This document shows, in pieces, positions 25,820 to 34,078 of a stretch of 34,078 nucleotides of DNA. The notes beneath the pieces are model-generated. The model saw only the letters and a program-made list of their open reading frames with translations. It did no database searches and was not told where the DNA came from. This DNA comes from an uncultured Clostridia bacterium (GTDB taxonomy: Bacteria > Bacillota > Clostridia > HGM11514), in the NCBI GenBank assembly GCA_934489915.1, contig CAKSSZ010000002.1, forward strand, positions 1 through 34,078. The letters run 5' to 3'. A program made the translations under genes and the position numbers. The stretch's first letter is position 1. Each line of letters begins with the position of its first letter.

Positions 25820-25848
25820 TTGAAATTTTTTGCGGAATGGGGTACAAT
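25820..25848 (+). promoter_or_regulatory. Sigma-A-type promoter for pgk-tpiA(-gpmI)
   Basis: TTGAAA (25820-25825), a 17-nt spacer and TACAAT (25843-25848). Confidence 0.55.
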
Positions 25849-25897
25849 AGAATTATTGAGAAAGTTTTAACAATTATATCATATGAGGTGAATGTGT

Positions 25898-27085
25898 ATG
25901 TACAACAAAAAGTCAATTGAGGACGTTGCCGTTGCAGGAAAAAAAGTTCTGGTTCGCTGCGACTTTAACGTTCCCCTGGACGAAAACAAGAACATTACCG
26001 ATGAAAACAGAATTAACGGTGCATTGCCTACCATCAAATATCTGATGGATCATGGCGCAAGAGTTATTTTGTGCTCTCATCTGGGCAGACCCAAGGGTGA
26101 AGTGAACATGAAGTTCAGCTTAAAGCCTGTGGCAGATCGGTTGAGTGAAATCCTGGGGAAAGAAGTTAAGCTGGCTCCCGACTGCGTCGGTCCTGAAGTG
26201 AAAAAAATGACGGACGAAATGAAAGACGGCGATGTGATCTTGCTGGAGAACGTCCGCTTCCATAAAGAAGAAGAAAAGAACGATCCCGCCTTTGCAAAAG
26301 AGATGGCTTCCGTTGCGGATCTGTTTGTAAACGACGCATTCGGTACCGCTCACCGGGCACATGCGTCTACCGCAGGCGTTGCAGATTACCTGCCTGCTGT
26401 TTGCGGGTATCTGATTCAAAAAGAAATCAGCGTGATGGGCAAGGCTCTGTCCGATCCGCAGCGTCCCTTTGTTGCAATCCTGGGCGGCGCAAAGGTTTCC
26501 GATAAAATCGGCGTGATTGAAAATCTGCTGGAAAAGGTAGATACTTTGATCATCGGCGGCGGTATGGCTTATACCTTCAACAAGGCAAAGGGCTATGAAA
26601 TCGGAACCTCGATCTGTGAAGATGAAAAGCTGGATCTGGCAAAGGAATTGATGGCAAAGGCAGAAGCAAAGGGCGTAAAGCTGCTGCTGCCTATTGACAA
26701 TAAAATCGCAAAGGAATTCAGCAACGATACGGAATTTAAGACTGTTGCAGCGGATGCATTTGATCCGGATTGGATGGGAATGGACATTGGCGATAAGACC
26801 ATTGCCTTGTTCTCCGATGCAATTAAAAATGCAAAAACGGTGATTTGGAACGGACCTATGGGCGTGTTTGAATTCTCCAACTTTGCTGAAGGCACCCGTG
26901 AAATTGCCAAGGCTGTTGCCGCAGCTGACGCAGTCACCATCATCGGCGGCGGAGATTCTGTTGCCGCTGTAAAGCAGCTGGGCTTCGGCGACAAGATGAC
27001 TCATATTTCCACCGGCGGCGGTGCTTCTCTGGAATTCCTGGAGGGTAAGGTTCTGCCCGGTATTGACGTACTGGAAAATAAATAA
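25898..27085 (+). CDS. pgk: Phosphoglycerate kinase
   Basis: About 395 aa with [18 protein letters not shown] and GGGDS motifs. ATG 25898 is 7 nt after GAGGTG, whereas ORF-track ATG 25892 is only 1 nt after it. Confidence 0.95.
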   Translation: MYNKKSIEDVAVAGKKVLVRCDFNVPLDENKNITDENRINGALPTIKYLMDHGARVILCSHLGRPKGEVNMKFSLKPVADRLSEILGKEVKLAPDCVGPEVKKMTDEMKDGDVILLENVRFHKEEEKNDPAFAKEMASVADLFVNDAFGTAHRAHASTAGVADYLPAVCGYLIQKEISVMGKALSDPQRPFVAILGGAKVSDKIGVIENLLEKVDTLIIGGGMAYTFNKAKGYEIGTSICEDEKLDLAKELMAKAEAKGVKLLLPIDNKIAKEFSNDTEFKTVAADAFDPDWMGMDIGDKTIALFSDAIKNAKTVIWNGPMGVFEFSNFAEGTREIAKAVAAADAVTIIGGGDSVAAVKQLGFGDKMTHISTGGGASLEFLEGKVLPGIDVLENK

Positions 27086-27106
27086 ATAACGAGAGGATGA
27101 GCTCAA

Positions 27107-27868
27107 ATGAGCAGAAAATATGTAATTGCTGGAAACTGGAAGATGAACAAAACTCCTTCCGAAGCAAAAACGCTGGTGAAGGATGTGATTGAAGCCATCG
27201 GCACGAAGCCGGAAAATGTTGAAGTTGTTGTTTGCCCTCCTTTTGTAGCTCTTGACGCTGCAATCGGCGCTGCAAAAGACAGCTTTGTAAAAGTAGGCGC
27301 TCAGAACATTCACTTTGAAGCAAAAGGCGCTTACACCGGCGAGGTTGCAGCAGATATGTTAAACGATCTGGGTGTTTCTTATGTGATCATCGGTCACTCT
27401 GAAAGAAGACAGTATTTCGCAGAAACGGACGAGACAGTCAACAAAAAGGTATTAACGGCTTTTGAAGCCGGTTTTACGCCGATTATCTGCGTTGGAGAAA
27501 CCTTAGAGCAAAGAGAACAGGGCATTATGCCTGATTTGATTCGGATGCAGGTAAAAATTGCGTTTGGCAATGTTTCTGCCGATCAGGCCAAAAAAGCGAT
27601 TATTGCTTATGAACCTGTTTGGGCAATTGGTACCGGCAAGACCGCTACCAGCCAGCAGGCAGATGAAGTTTGCGGGATCATCCGCACCACCATCGGCGAG
27701 CTGTATGACGAGGCAACGGCAGAAGCAATCACCATTCAGTACGGCGGCAGCATGAATGCAGGCAACGCTGCTGAACTGTTGGCTATGCCGAACATTGACG
27801 GCGGCTTGATTGGCGGCGCAGCCTTGAAGCCCAATGATTTTGCTACAATCGTAAAGAGCGCAAAATAA
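27107..27868 (+). CDS. tpiA: Triose-phosphate isomerase
   Basis: 253 aa with [25 protein letters not shown] and GGASL-like GGAALK motifs. Confidence 0.95.
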   Translation: MSRKYVIAGNWKMNKTPSEAKTLVKDVIEAIGTKPENVEVVVCPPFVALDAAIGAAKDSFVKVGAQNIHFEAKGAYTGEVAADMLNDLGVSYVIIGHSERRQYFAETDETVNKKVLTAFEAGFTPIICVGETLEQREQGIMPDLIRMQVKIAFGNVSADQAKKAIIAYEPVWAIGTGKTATSQQADEVCGIIRTTIGELYDEATAEAITIQYGGSMNAGNAAELLAMPNIDGGLIGGAALKPNDFATIVKSAK

Positions 27869-27882
27869 ATTGTTCAAAAGGG

Positions 27883-27916
27883 GAAGCTGCAGCATATGTT
27901 TGTTGCAGCTTCTTTT
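27883..27916 (+). terminator. Strong hairpin plus TTTT between tpiA and gpmI (internal or partial terminator)
   Basis: GAAGCTGCAGCA (27883-27894) pairs with TGTTGCAGCTTC (27901-27912) with one G-U pair and a 6-nt loop, followed by TTTTG. It ends 25 nt before the gpmI start. Confidence 0.6.
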
Positions 27917-27941
27917 GAACACGGAAAGGGAGTAGAGTTTC

Positions 27942-29453
27942 GTGAAACAGTTAATTAGCTTAATTATTATGGACGGCTTTGGCATTAACCCCAAAACCGA
28001 AGGGAACGCCATCAAAGCGGCAAAGACCCCTTGCCTGGACAAGCTGTTTGCCACCTATCCTCATACGGAGCTTGGTGCAAGCGGGATGGATGTGGGATTA
28101 CCGGACGGCCAAATGGGGAACTCTGAGGTAGGGCATACCAATATCGGTGCAGGACGGATTGTTTATCAGGAGCTGACCAGAATTACCAAATCCATTCAGG
28201 ACGGGGATTTTTTTGAAAATCCTGCATTGAAGGAAGCCATGCAGCACTGCCTGGAGCATCATACTGCTCTGCACTTGCTGGGGCTTTTGTCCAGCGGCGG
28301 CGTGCACAGTCATAACACCCATCTTTATGCTTTGCTGGAAATGGCAAAGAAAATGGGGGTAAAAGACGTTTGGGTACACTGCTTTTTAGACGGACGGGAC
28401 GTTCCTCCGCAAAGCGGAAAGGATTTTGTGCAGGAGCTGCAGGATAAGCTTTCCGAAATCGGTGTTGGAAAAATTGCAACCGTAATGGGGCGCTATTATG
28501 CCATGGATCGGGATAACCGTTGGGAACGGGTAGTAAAGGCCTATGACGCTATGGTTAAGGCGGAAGGAATTTCCGCAGGAGATCCGGTAACTGCCGTTGC
28601 TGATTCTTATGCGAAGGAAGTGACGGACGAATTTGTTGTGCCGGCTGTAATCGATGGGTTCCCGGGCGTCAAGGAACAGGATTCTATGATTTTCTTTAAT
28701 TTCCGCCCCGACCGGGCAAGAGAAATTACCAGAACCTTTGTAGACCCTGATTTTTCCGGCTTTGAACGCCGTTATTTCCCGGTACACTATGTTTGCATGA
28801 CCCAGTATGACGCCACCATGCCCAATGTTTCCGTTGCCTTCCGGCCGGAATCCTTAGACGATACCTTTGGCGAGTATATCAGCAAAAAAGGATATACGCA
28901 GCTGCGCATTGCTGAAACGGAAAAATACGCCCATGTAACCTTTTTCTTTAACGGCGGTGTGGAGAAAACCTATCCGGGAGAAAACCGTATTTTGGTTAAT
29001 TCTCCGAAGGTTGCCACCTATGATTTACAGCCGGAAATGAGTGCCTATGAGGTCACGGAAAAGGTTTGCAAGGAAATCAGAGAACGCAAAGAGGATGTGA
29101 TCATCTTAAACTTTGCCAACTGTGACATGGTAGGACACACCGGCGTGTTTGACGCAGCGGTTGCTGCAGTAGAAGCGGTAGATACCTGCGTTGGAAAGGT
29201 CATGGATGCGATCAACGAAGTGGGCGGAATTGCTCTGATTACAGCTGATCACGGAAATGCAGATTGCATGATAGATGAAGCAACAGGCGAGCCTTTCACA
29301 GCGCACACCACCAATTTGGTTCCCTTGCTTTTAAATCAGCCCGGGGTAACCTTAAAGCCGGGACGGCTGGCGGATATTGCCCCCACAATGCTGGATTTAA
29401 TGGGCTTGGAGAAGCCTGCCGCAATGACAGGCGAATCCTTGCTGGTAAAATAA
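27942..29453 (+). CDS. gpmI: 2,3-bisphosphoglycerate-independent phosphoglycerate mutase
   Basis: 503 aa with [26 protein letters not shown], and ADHGN and NCDMVGHTG metal-site motifs. It has a GTG start. Confidence 0.95.
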   Translation: MKQLISLIIMDGFGINPKTEGNAIKAAKTPCLDKLFATYPHTELGASGMDVGLPDGQMGNSEVGHTNIGAGRIVYQELTRITKSIQDGDFFENPALKEAMQHCLEHHTALHLLGLLSSGGVHSHNTHLYALLEMAKKMGVKDVWVHCFLDGRDVPPQSGKDFVQELQDKLSEIGVGKIATVMGRYYAMDRDNRWERVVKAYDAMVKAEGISAGDPVTAVADSYAKEVTDEFVVPAVIDGFPGVKEQDSMIFFNFRPDRAREITRTFVDPDFSGFERRYFPVHYVCMTQYDATMPNVSVAFRPESLDDTFGEYISKKGYTQLRIAETEKYAHVTFFFNGGVEKTYPGENRILVNSPKVATYDLQPEMSAYEVTEKVCKEIRERKEDVIILNFANCDMVGHTGVFDAAVAAVEAVDTCVGKVMDAINEVGGIALITADHGNADCMIDEATGEPFTAHTTNLVPLLLNQPGVTLKPGRLADIAPTMLDLMGLEKPAAMTGESLLVK

Positions 29454-29476
29454 CAATATTTCTTTTCATAAAAATA

Positions 29477-29516
29477 CACCCCCGGAAGCCAATCATGCTT
29501 TCGGGGGTGCTTTTTG
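29477..29516. terminator. Bidirectional intrinsic terminator (gpmI / hydrolase)
   Basis: CACCCCCGGAAGC (29477-29489) pairs with GCTTTCGGGGGTG (29497-29509). On the + strand it is followed by CTTTTTGTT, and the 5' flank is A-rich for the minus strand. Confidence 0.8.
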
Positions 29517-30329
29517 TTATGAAAGTTGTCCCATCCATTCCATTGCCTGATCAATCCACTTTTCTGCATTGGGCAACAGGTAATTGGGATTCCCGATCCA
29601 GGTAATCCGATTTGCCAATGCAATTCCGTGGGGGCCTTTCGGGTATAGGTGCAGCTCACAGGGGATGTTGCAGCGAATCAGCGCCTGGGCAAAAACAAGA
29701 GAATTGTCTGCCCCCACTGCCTGATCTTCTGCGGTATGTACCAGGAAGGCAGGAACGGTGTGTTCATCCACGCACCGCTCCAAAGAATACCGTTCCAGCT
29801 CTTCTCGGGTGGGAGATTGGCAGCCTAACAGATTTTGAAAGGAGCCCATATGAGTGCCGGGTAAAATGCCGGAGATGACCGGGTAAATCGGCAGCATGCC
29901 GGCAATTTTGTTTTCTCCGTAAGACATGCCGGCTGCTTCATAAAGTTCAGGTTTGTGCCAAAGGGTTCCCAGAGAAGCGCAAAGATGTCCGCCGGCAGAA
30001 AAACCGCAGGCAAAAATGCGTTCCGGATTTATTTGAAATTCTTTTGCATGATCCCGGATATATTTGACCGCTTGGAATGCTTCCAGTAAAGGTTGGGGGA
30101 ATTTTGCCTTTTCTTTCACAGAGTAGTGTAATACAAAGGCATTCATGCCGCGGCCTAAAAACGCAAGGGCAATCGGCTCCCCCTCCCGATCAGAGCAAAT
30201 ATCGTAGTAACCCCCGCCGGGGATAACCAGCATAGCGTCCCGCACAAAATCCTTTGTAGGATCTGCCACATAACATTCTAAAAAAACATCCGGGTTGGAT
30301 TCGTCCAACAACACTTTTTGATTCATCAT
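29517..30329 (-). CDS. Alpha/beta hydrolase (esterase/lipase-like, possibly a carbohydrate or acetyl esterase)
   Basis: Nucleophile elbow GFSAGGH, and an Asp/His region (HTAEDQAV, LYPKGPHG). The start is probably the ATG ATG at 30329, with GGAG 6 nt upstream. The ORF-track start is at 30341. Confidence 0.75.
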   Translation of the reverse strand: MMNQKVLLDESNPDVFLECYVADPTKDFVRDAMLVIPGGGYYDICSDREGEPIALAFLGRGMNAFVLHYSVKEKAKFPQPLLEAFQAVKYIRDHAKEFQINPERIFACGFSAGGHLCASLGTLWHKPELYEAAGMSYGENKIAGMLPIYPVISGILPGTHMGSFQNLLGCQSPTREELERYSLERCVDEHTVPAFLVHTAEDQAVGADNSLVFAQALIRCNIPCELHLYPKGPHGIALANRITWIGNPNYLLPNAEKWIDQAMEWMGQLS

Positions 30330-30417
30330 AAAAATCTCCATTCCACCGTTCTATGCCGGCTCAAGTAGTAATGAATGATACCTCATTCAAAGGGGAATGT
30401 GACCCCTTTTGCCTACT

Positions 30418-30446
30418 ATTATACCGAAGATTTTAGAAAAAGTCAA
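30418..30446 (-). promoter_or_regulatory. Near-consensus sigma-A promoter for the hydrolase gene
   Basis: On the minus strand, TTGACT (30446-30441), a 17-nt spacer and TATAAT (30423-30418). The TGA stop of the upstream BofC-like gene (30445-30443) lies inside the -35. Confidence 0.6.
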
Positions 30447-30985
30447 CTGCAATAATCCTCTAAAAAGGAGGTAAGCTCCTCTTCCGATTCAATGAATATG
30501 CCCGCCTGCAGCCGTTCTGCCTCCTCAGCGGAAAGCAGCTGAGGACGAAAAGGACGGGAATCTCTGATGCGAGACGGATCATTTTGATAAACGGTGATTA
30601 ATTGGTTTCCTTCTGCATAAACCCGAAAATGCTTGCTGCATTTCCCTTGGCTGATTTTTGCAAAGTAAAGGGTGTTTTGCTCCATGCTGTCAAATACTGC
30701 GCCGGAAATTTTTTGTTTGGCGGCCTCTTTTCCCTTCCAGGAAGCGGGAAGGGGCTGTTCTGACAGCTCGCTGTGACCGCAGCCGTTATAGCTATAGCGG
30801 ATGACCAGTCGGCTGTCCGGCCCAACGGTCGGGCCGGGAGTAATGGCGGGTGCCTGGGTCTGGCGTTCGGCGGCTGCCCGGCGAAGAACTGCCGGATCCG
30901 GGGTCAGCAAACGCCCCATGCCCAATCCGAATAATCCCCCTGCAATACAAATCATCAAGAAAAAAAGGATACGACCCTTTTGCAT
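30443..30985 (-). CDS. Membrane-anchored protein with a BofC C-terminal-like domain (sporulation-associated family)
   Basis: 180 aa with an N-terminal TM anchor. The C-terminus VYAEGNQLITVYQND...LSAEEAERLQAGIFIESEEELTSFLEDY matches the pattern I recall for BofC_C domains. The SD is AAAGGAGG. Confidence 0.45.
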   Translation of the reverse strand: MQKGRILFFLMICIAGGLFGLGMGRLLTPDPAVLRRAAAERQTQAPAITPGPTVGPDSRLVIRYSYNGCGHSELSEQPLPASWKGKEAAKQKISGAVFDSMEQNTLYFAKISQGKCSKHFRVYAEGNQLITVYQNDPSRIRDSRPFRPQLLSAEEAERLQAGIFIESEEELTSFLEDYCS

Positions 30986-31119
30986 GACTGTTTTTCCTCC
31001 TTTGCTGCCGGAAAAGCGGCAAAAAATCTATGGTTTTCCACTATTTTTTGCGTTTTTTTGATCTTTATACAACAGTAAGAAAAATGTAACACAAATTTAA
31101 ACAAAAAAATTGAAATTTG

Positions 31120-31128
31120 TGCTATAAT
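31120..31128 (+). promoter_or_regulatory. Extended -10 promoter element upstream of the PBP gene
   Basis: TGcTATAAT (TATAAT 31123-31128) with a weak -35, giving a leader of roughly 100 nt to ATG 31236. Confidence 0.45.
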
Positions 31129-31235
31129 AGAATTATGTAAATGTCTCCTGATATTTCTTGCTCTGCTTATGGAGACAGATCGACAACTATAACATTTACG
31201 CTTGCAGAGCGGCGGCATGATAGGAGAAATTTTTT

Positions 31236-33464
31236 ATGAAACGATCAGTAAAAACATTTTTGAAATTCTTGCTGATTTTTGTATTAATTCTCTCAATTCT
31301 GGCTGGATGTACCGTAGGGGCCATTATGTTGACCACCAGCGATGTATTTACGGAATTTAATACAGACGACATCAATTTGAATTTCACTTCTTTCCTGTAT
31401 TATACCAATGAAAACGGTGAAGACATTGAATATCATCAGCTGTCCGGTACCGAAAACAGAATTTGGGCGGATATTGAAGATATTTCTCCTTATTTAACAG
31501 ATGCAATTGTCGCTATTGAGGACGAGCGGTTCTGGAGCCATAAGGGCTTTGATATGAAGCGTTTTATGGGCGCTGTGTTAAATTATGTGGTACACAGTGA
31601 TAATTCCTACGGCGGCAGTACGATTACACAGCAGCTGATTAAGAACCTGACCGGTGATGACGAAACGAAAGTAAGCCGGAAGCTGAGAGAAATCTTCCGT
31701 GCCATTCAGCTGGAGCAGCAAATGGACAAGGAAAGCATTCTGGAGCTTTATTTAAACACCATTTATTTAGGAGAGGGCTGCAACGGTGTTAAAACCGCAG
31801 CGTATACTTATTTCGGCAAAGATGTCAGCGAGCTGAATTTGGCGGAGGCTGCTTCTCTGGCAGGGATTACTCAGTTCCCGACAAAGTATGATCCCCTGGT
31901 CAATCCGGATGCAAACCAGACCAAGCAGCATGTGGTGTTAAAGAAAATGCTGGATTTGGGGTATATCAATCAGCAGGAATATGAAGACGCCCTGGCTTAT
32001 CAGATTGATTTCGGTGCAGGTGTTTCCCAGGAAAATGAGATTCAGTCTTATTTTGTGGATGCGGTAATTGATGAGGTGCTGACCGACCTGCAAAAAGAAA
32101 AAGGCTATGCGCCCAATTATGCGGCAAAGCTGCTGTATAACGGCGGCTTGAAGATTTATACCACCCTGGATCCCAACGTCCAGAATGTGATGGAAGAAGA
32201 GTATGCCAACGACGATAATTTCGGCACCCCGTCAGGGGAAGCGCAGATGGAATCCTCCATGGTGATTATGGATCCTTATACCGGGGAAATCAAGGGGCTG
32301 GTCGGCGGCCGCGGCAACAAGGAAAGCAACCGGACGCTGAACCGGGCAACCCAAACGACTCGTCAGCCCGGCTCTACCATTAAGCCTATTGCAGTGTACG
32401 GCCCGGCGATGGAAGAGGGATTGATCGGTCCGGGTACCATTATGGTGGATAAACCCATTAGTATTGGCAGCTGGAAGCCGCATAACTATGATTTCAGCTA
32501 TTCCGGGGCGGTGAGCATTCGCCGTGCAATTGCAAACTCCATTAATATTATTGCGGTGAAAACATTGCAGATGTTAGGGGTGGAAACCTCTTATGACTAT
32601 ATGACAAACCGATTCCATTTTACCAGCCTGGTGAAAGGGAGAAAAGCGGAAGACGGCACTGTCCTGAGTGATTTGAACCTGGCGGCGCTGGCACTGGGCG
32701 GTTTGACGGACGGTGTCTCGGTAAAGGAAATGACGGCAGCTTATGCGACCTTTGCCAATAACGGGGTTTATTTAACGCCTCATACCTATACAAAGGTGCT
32801 GGATGCGGACGGGAATGTTCTTTTGGAAAAGAATGTGGAAGAAACGGTTGTGTTCGGAGAAGAGGCCAATAGCATGATGTTAAGCTGCCTGCGGTCGGTC
32901 GTCACCTCCGGTACCGGTACTGCCGCATGGTTGAATAACGGGATTTCGTCAGCCGGAAAAACCGGAACCACCGATGAAGCTTACGACCTTTGGTTCTGCG
33001 GTGTTTCGCCTTATTATGCGGGTGCTGTTTGGTGCGGATTTGATCAGCCTCAGAATTTGTATCTATATACCTATGACGGAATCAGCAGTACCATTTGGGG
33101 AAAGATCATGCGGCGTGTGCATGAAAACCTGGAACCGAGAGATTTTGTATGGCCCTCCGGTGTAAATTATGATTTATCAATTAATAACGAAGCGGACAGC
33201 GAGGACGATAAGGATAAGGACGACGAGGATGAAGATGAGGAAGAATCCCCAACTCCTTCCGAAAGTCCCGAGGCAACTCCGGAAGCTACCGAAACGCCTG
33301 TTTCCACACCGGAAACCCCGATAGAAACCCCGACGCCCGAGCAGCCTACCGTAACGGAGGCTCCCCCGGTCGATAATACTGTCATCCCGCCGGATACGAT
33401 GGATCCTTCCGGGGAAACGGTCGAAGCGGCGCCGGAATCCCCGTCCGGAACAGATGAATATTAA
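31236..33464 (+). CDS. Class A penicillin-binding protein (bifunctional glycosyltransferase/transpeptidase, PBP1A-like)
   Basis: 742 aa with an N-terminal TM anchor, GT51 motifs (AIVAIEDERFWSHKGFD, GGSTITQQL, RKLRE), and transpeptidase motifs STIKP, SIN and KTGTT. It has an acidic, Pro/Thr-rich C-terminal tail. Confidence 0.9.
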   Translation: MKRSVKTFLKFLLIFVLILSILAGCTVGAIMLTTSDVFTEFNTDDINLNFTSFLYYTNENGEDIEYHQLSGTENRIWADIEDISPYLTDAIVAIEDERFWSHKGFDMKRFMGAVLNYVVHSDNSYGGSTITQQLIKNLTGDDETKVSRKLREIFRAIQLEQQMDKESILELYLNTIYLGEGCNGVKTAAYTYFGKDVSELNLAEAASLAGITQFPTKYDPLVNPDANQTKQHVVLKKMLDLGYINQQEYEDALAYQIDFGAGVSQENEIQSYFVDAVIDEVLTDLQKEKGYAPNYAAKLLYNGGLKIYTTLDPNVQNVMEEEYANDDNFGTPSGEAQMESSMVIMDPYTGEIKGLVGGRGNKESNRTLNRATQTTRQPGSTIKPIAVYGPAMEEGLIGPGTIMVDKPISIGSWKPHNYDFSYSGAVSIRRAIANSINIIAVKTLQMLGVETSYDYMTNRFHFTSLVKGRKAEDGTVLSDLNLAALALGGLTDGVSVKEMTAAYATFANNGVYLTPHTYTKVLDADGNVLLEKNVEETVVFGEEANSMMLSCLRSVVTSGTGTAAWLNNGISSAGKTGTTDEAYDLWFCGVSPYYAGAVWCGFDQPQNLYLYTYDGISSTIWGKIMRRVHENLEPRDFVWPSGVNYDLSINNEADSEDDKDKDDEDEDEEESPTPSESPEATPEATETPVSTPETPIETPTPEQPTVTEAPPVDNTVIPPDTMDPSGETVEAAPESPSGTDEY

Positions 33465-33495
33465 TATCGAAACAGTCGAATATTGATCCAATAAG

Positions 33496-33552
33496 AAATA
33501 TCTGTAAAAATCGCCTAAAACGGAACGACTTTTGCAGATATTTTTTATTTTT
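33496..33552 (+). terminator. Intrinsic terminator of the PBP gene
   Basis: AAATATCTGTAAAAATCG (33496-33513) pairs with CGACTTTTGCAGATATTT (33526-33543). The 18-bp stem has one G-U pair and one mismatch, and is followed by a T-rich tract. Confidence 0.7.
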
Positions 33553-33555
33553 CTA

Positions 33556-33584
33556 TTTACAAATTTTTAAGATTATGCTATAAT
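33556..33584 (+). promoter_or_regulatory. Near-consensus sigma-A promoter with extended -10 for the beta-helix protein gene
   Basis: TTTACA (33556-33561), a 17-nt spacer and TGcTATAAT (TATAAT 33579-33584). Confidence 0.6.
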
Positions 33585-33585
33585 G

Positions 33586-33615
33586 TAATTATATTTCATA
33601 GCTGAAATATAATTA
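33586..33615. promoter_or_regulatory. Perfect 13-4-13 palindrome immediately downstream of the -10 (candidate operator or 5'-UTR hairpin)
   Basis: TAATTATATTTCA (33586-33598), spacer TAGC, then TGAAATATAATTA (33603-33615). Confidence 0.5.
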
Positions 33616-33635
33616 TGTATTTTTAGGAGGAAAAA

Positions 33636-34078
33636 ATGAAAAGTAAAAAATTATTGTCAGTGGCAATGGCTCTGACCATGACCGTTTCCGGTTGGTGCGG
33701 GTTTAGCATGAGCGCATCGGCGGAAGCGGCAGTAAAGCAGTTTTATGTAGCAACCAACGGCAGCGACAGCAACAGCGGCTCCATTTCTGCTCCCTTTGCG
33801 ACACTGGAAGCGGCAAGAGACGCAGCAAGAAAGGTAGACGGCAAGACCATTATTAACCTGCGGGAAGGGATGTATCAGGTTGATTCTACGCTGGAGCTGA
33901 CCGCAGCAGACAGCAACACTACATACCGTGCTTATAAGGATGAGAGCGTGGTATTAAACGGCGCAAATGAGCTGGATCCTTCTGCCTTCCAGCCAATCAG
34001 CGAAGAAGCGAAGGCAAAGTTAGTAGATAAAGAAAATGCCAATAAGATCAAAATGATTGACTTAAAGGCACAGGGGAT
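33636..34078 (+). CDS. Secreted right-handed beta-helix (pectin-lyase-fold) protein, 5' partial
   Basis: Not in the ORF track because it runs off the window. ATG 33636 follows AGGAGG. My translation is MKSKKLLSVAMALTMTVSGWCGFSMSASAEAAVKQFYVATNGSDSNSGSISAPFATLEAARDAARKV..., a signal peptide followed by the YVAxNGSDxNxGSxxxPFxTLxxA opening typical of beta-helix proteins. Confidence 0.65.
   Translation, partial: MKSKKLLSVAMALTMTVSGWCGFSMSASAEAAVKQFYVATNGSDSNSGSISAPFATLEAARDAARKVDGKTIINLREGMYQVDSTLELTAADSNTTYRAYKDESVVLNGANELDPSAFQPISEEAKAKLVDKENANKIKMIDLKAQG

Noticed and set aside
26120-27313. A 397-aa ORF antisense to pgk and the start of tpiA, the same length as the pgk ORF in the track
   Set aside because: The sense strand encodes textbook Pgk and TpiA. 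The antisense product is low-complexity and Cys/Phe/Arg-rich, has no recognisable motif and no SD at its start. Long stop-free antisense frames are a known by-product of codon bias in highly expressed genes.
27503-28054. A 183-aa ORF antisense across the tpiA/gpmI junction
   Set aside because: It spans the intergenic terminator hairpin and two confident sense genes, and has no motif or RBS.
1-34078. A window-wide search for CRISPR arrays, tandem or interspersed repeats, transposases, integrases, toxin-antitoxin pairs, restriction-modification systems or other defence-island content, and tRNA or rRNA genes
   Set aside because: None was found. Coding density is high and every ORF of at least 150 aa on the chosen strands has a housekeeping or metabolic assignment, or is a simple envelope protein. 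The longest non-coding gaps (16974-17307, 30986-31235 and 33465-33635) contain promoters, hairpins and palindromes but no repeat arrays or tRNA-like sequence.

Overview
This 34-kb stretch reads like the core chromosome of an anaerobic, probably spore-forming Firmicute. The Clostridia-like call is inferred from gene content only. It holds about 31 tightly packed CDS. I found no rRNA or tRNA genes, CRISPR arrays, transposases, integrases, phage genes or recognisable defence genes.

Gene content from left to right:
- a divergent topo IV-like type IIA topoisomerase pair (subunits B and A), with a translationally coupled CrtO-like membrane protein;
- a minus-strand operon of an intracellular GH2 beta-mannosidase plus two uncharacterised envelope proteins;
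- a small acidic lipoprotein;
- a MocR-type regulator, hydE and an MgtC-family gene on the minus strand, divergent from an ECF S-component;
- a polar amino-acid ABC transporter;
- an AI-2E permease;
- a TM1266-like regulator, hydG, hydF and a 3-methyladenine glycosylase;
- cysS and mrnC;
- an AsnC/Lrp regulator with an aminotransferase, then trmL and a DegV protein;
- pgk, tpiA and gpmI;
- an alpha/beta hydrolase, a BofC-like protein, a class A PBP, and the 5' end of a secreted beta-helix protein.

I do not see a convincing new multi-gene system. The best unexplained signal is at 17046-17307: a perfect consensus promoter drives a ~120-nt structured RNA that ends in a strong intrinsic terminator, about 110 nt upstream of the hydG/hydF maturase operon. 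It could be an unclassified riboswitch or attenuator, or a stand-alone sRNA.

Secondary observations:
- several perfect inverted repeats sit on promoters;
- hydE is translationally coupled to an MgtC-family gene;
- the topoisomerase A subunit has non-canonical quinolone-bridge residues;
- the window contains five perfect TTGACA-N17-TATAAT promoters.

All functional calls rest on motifs read by eye. No database search was run.
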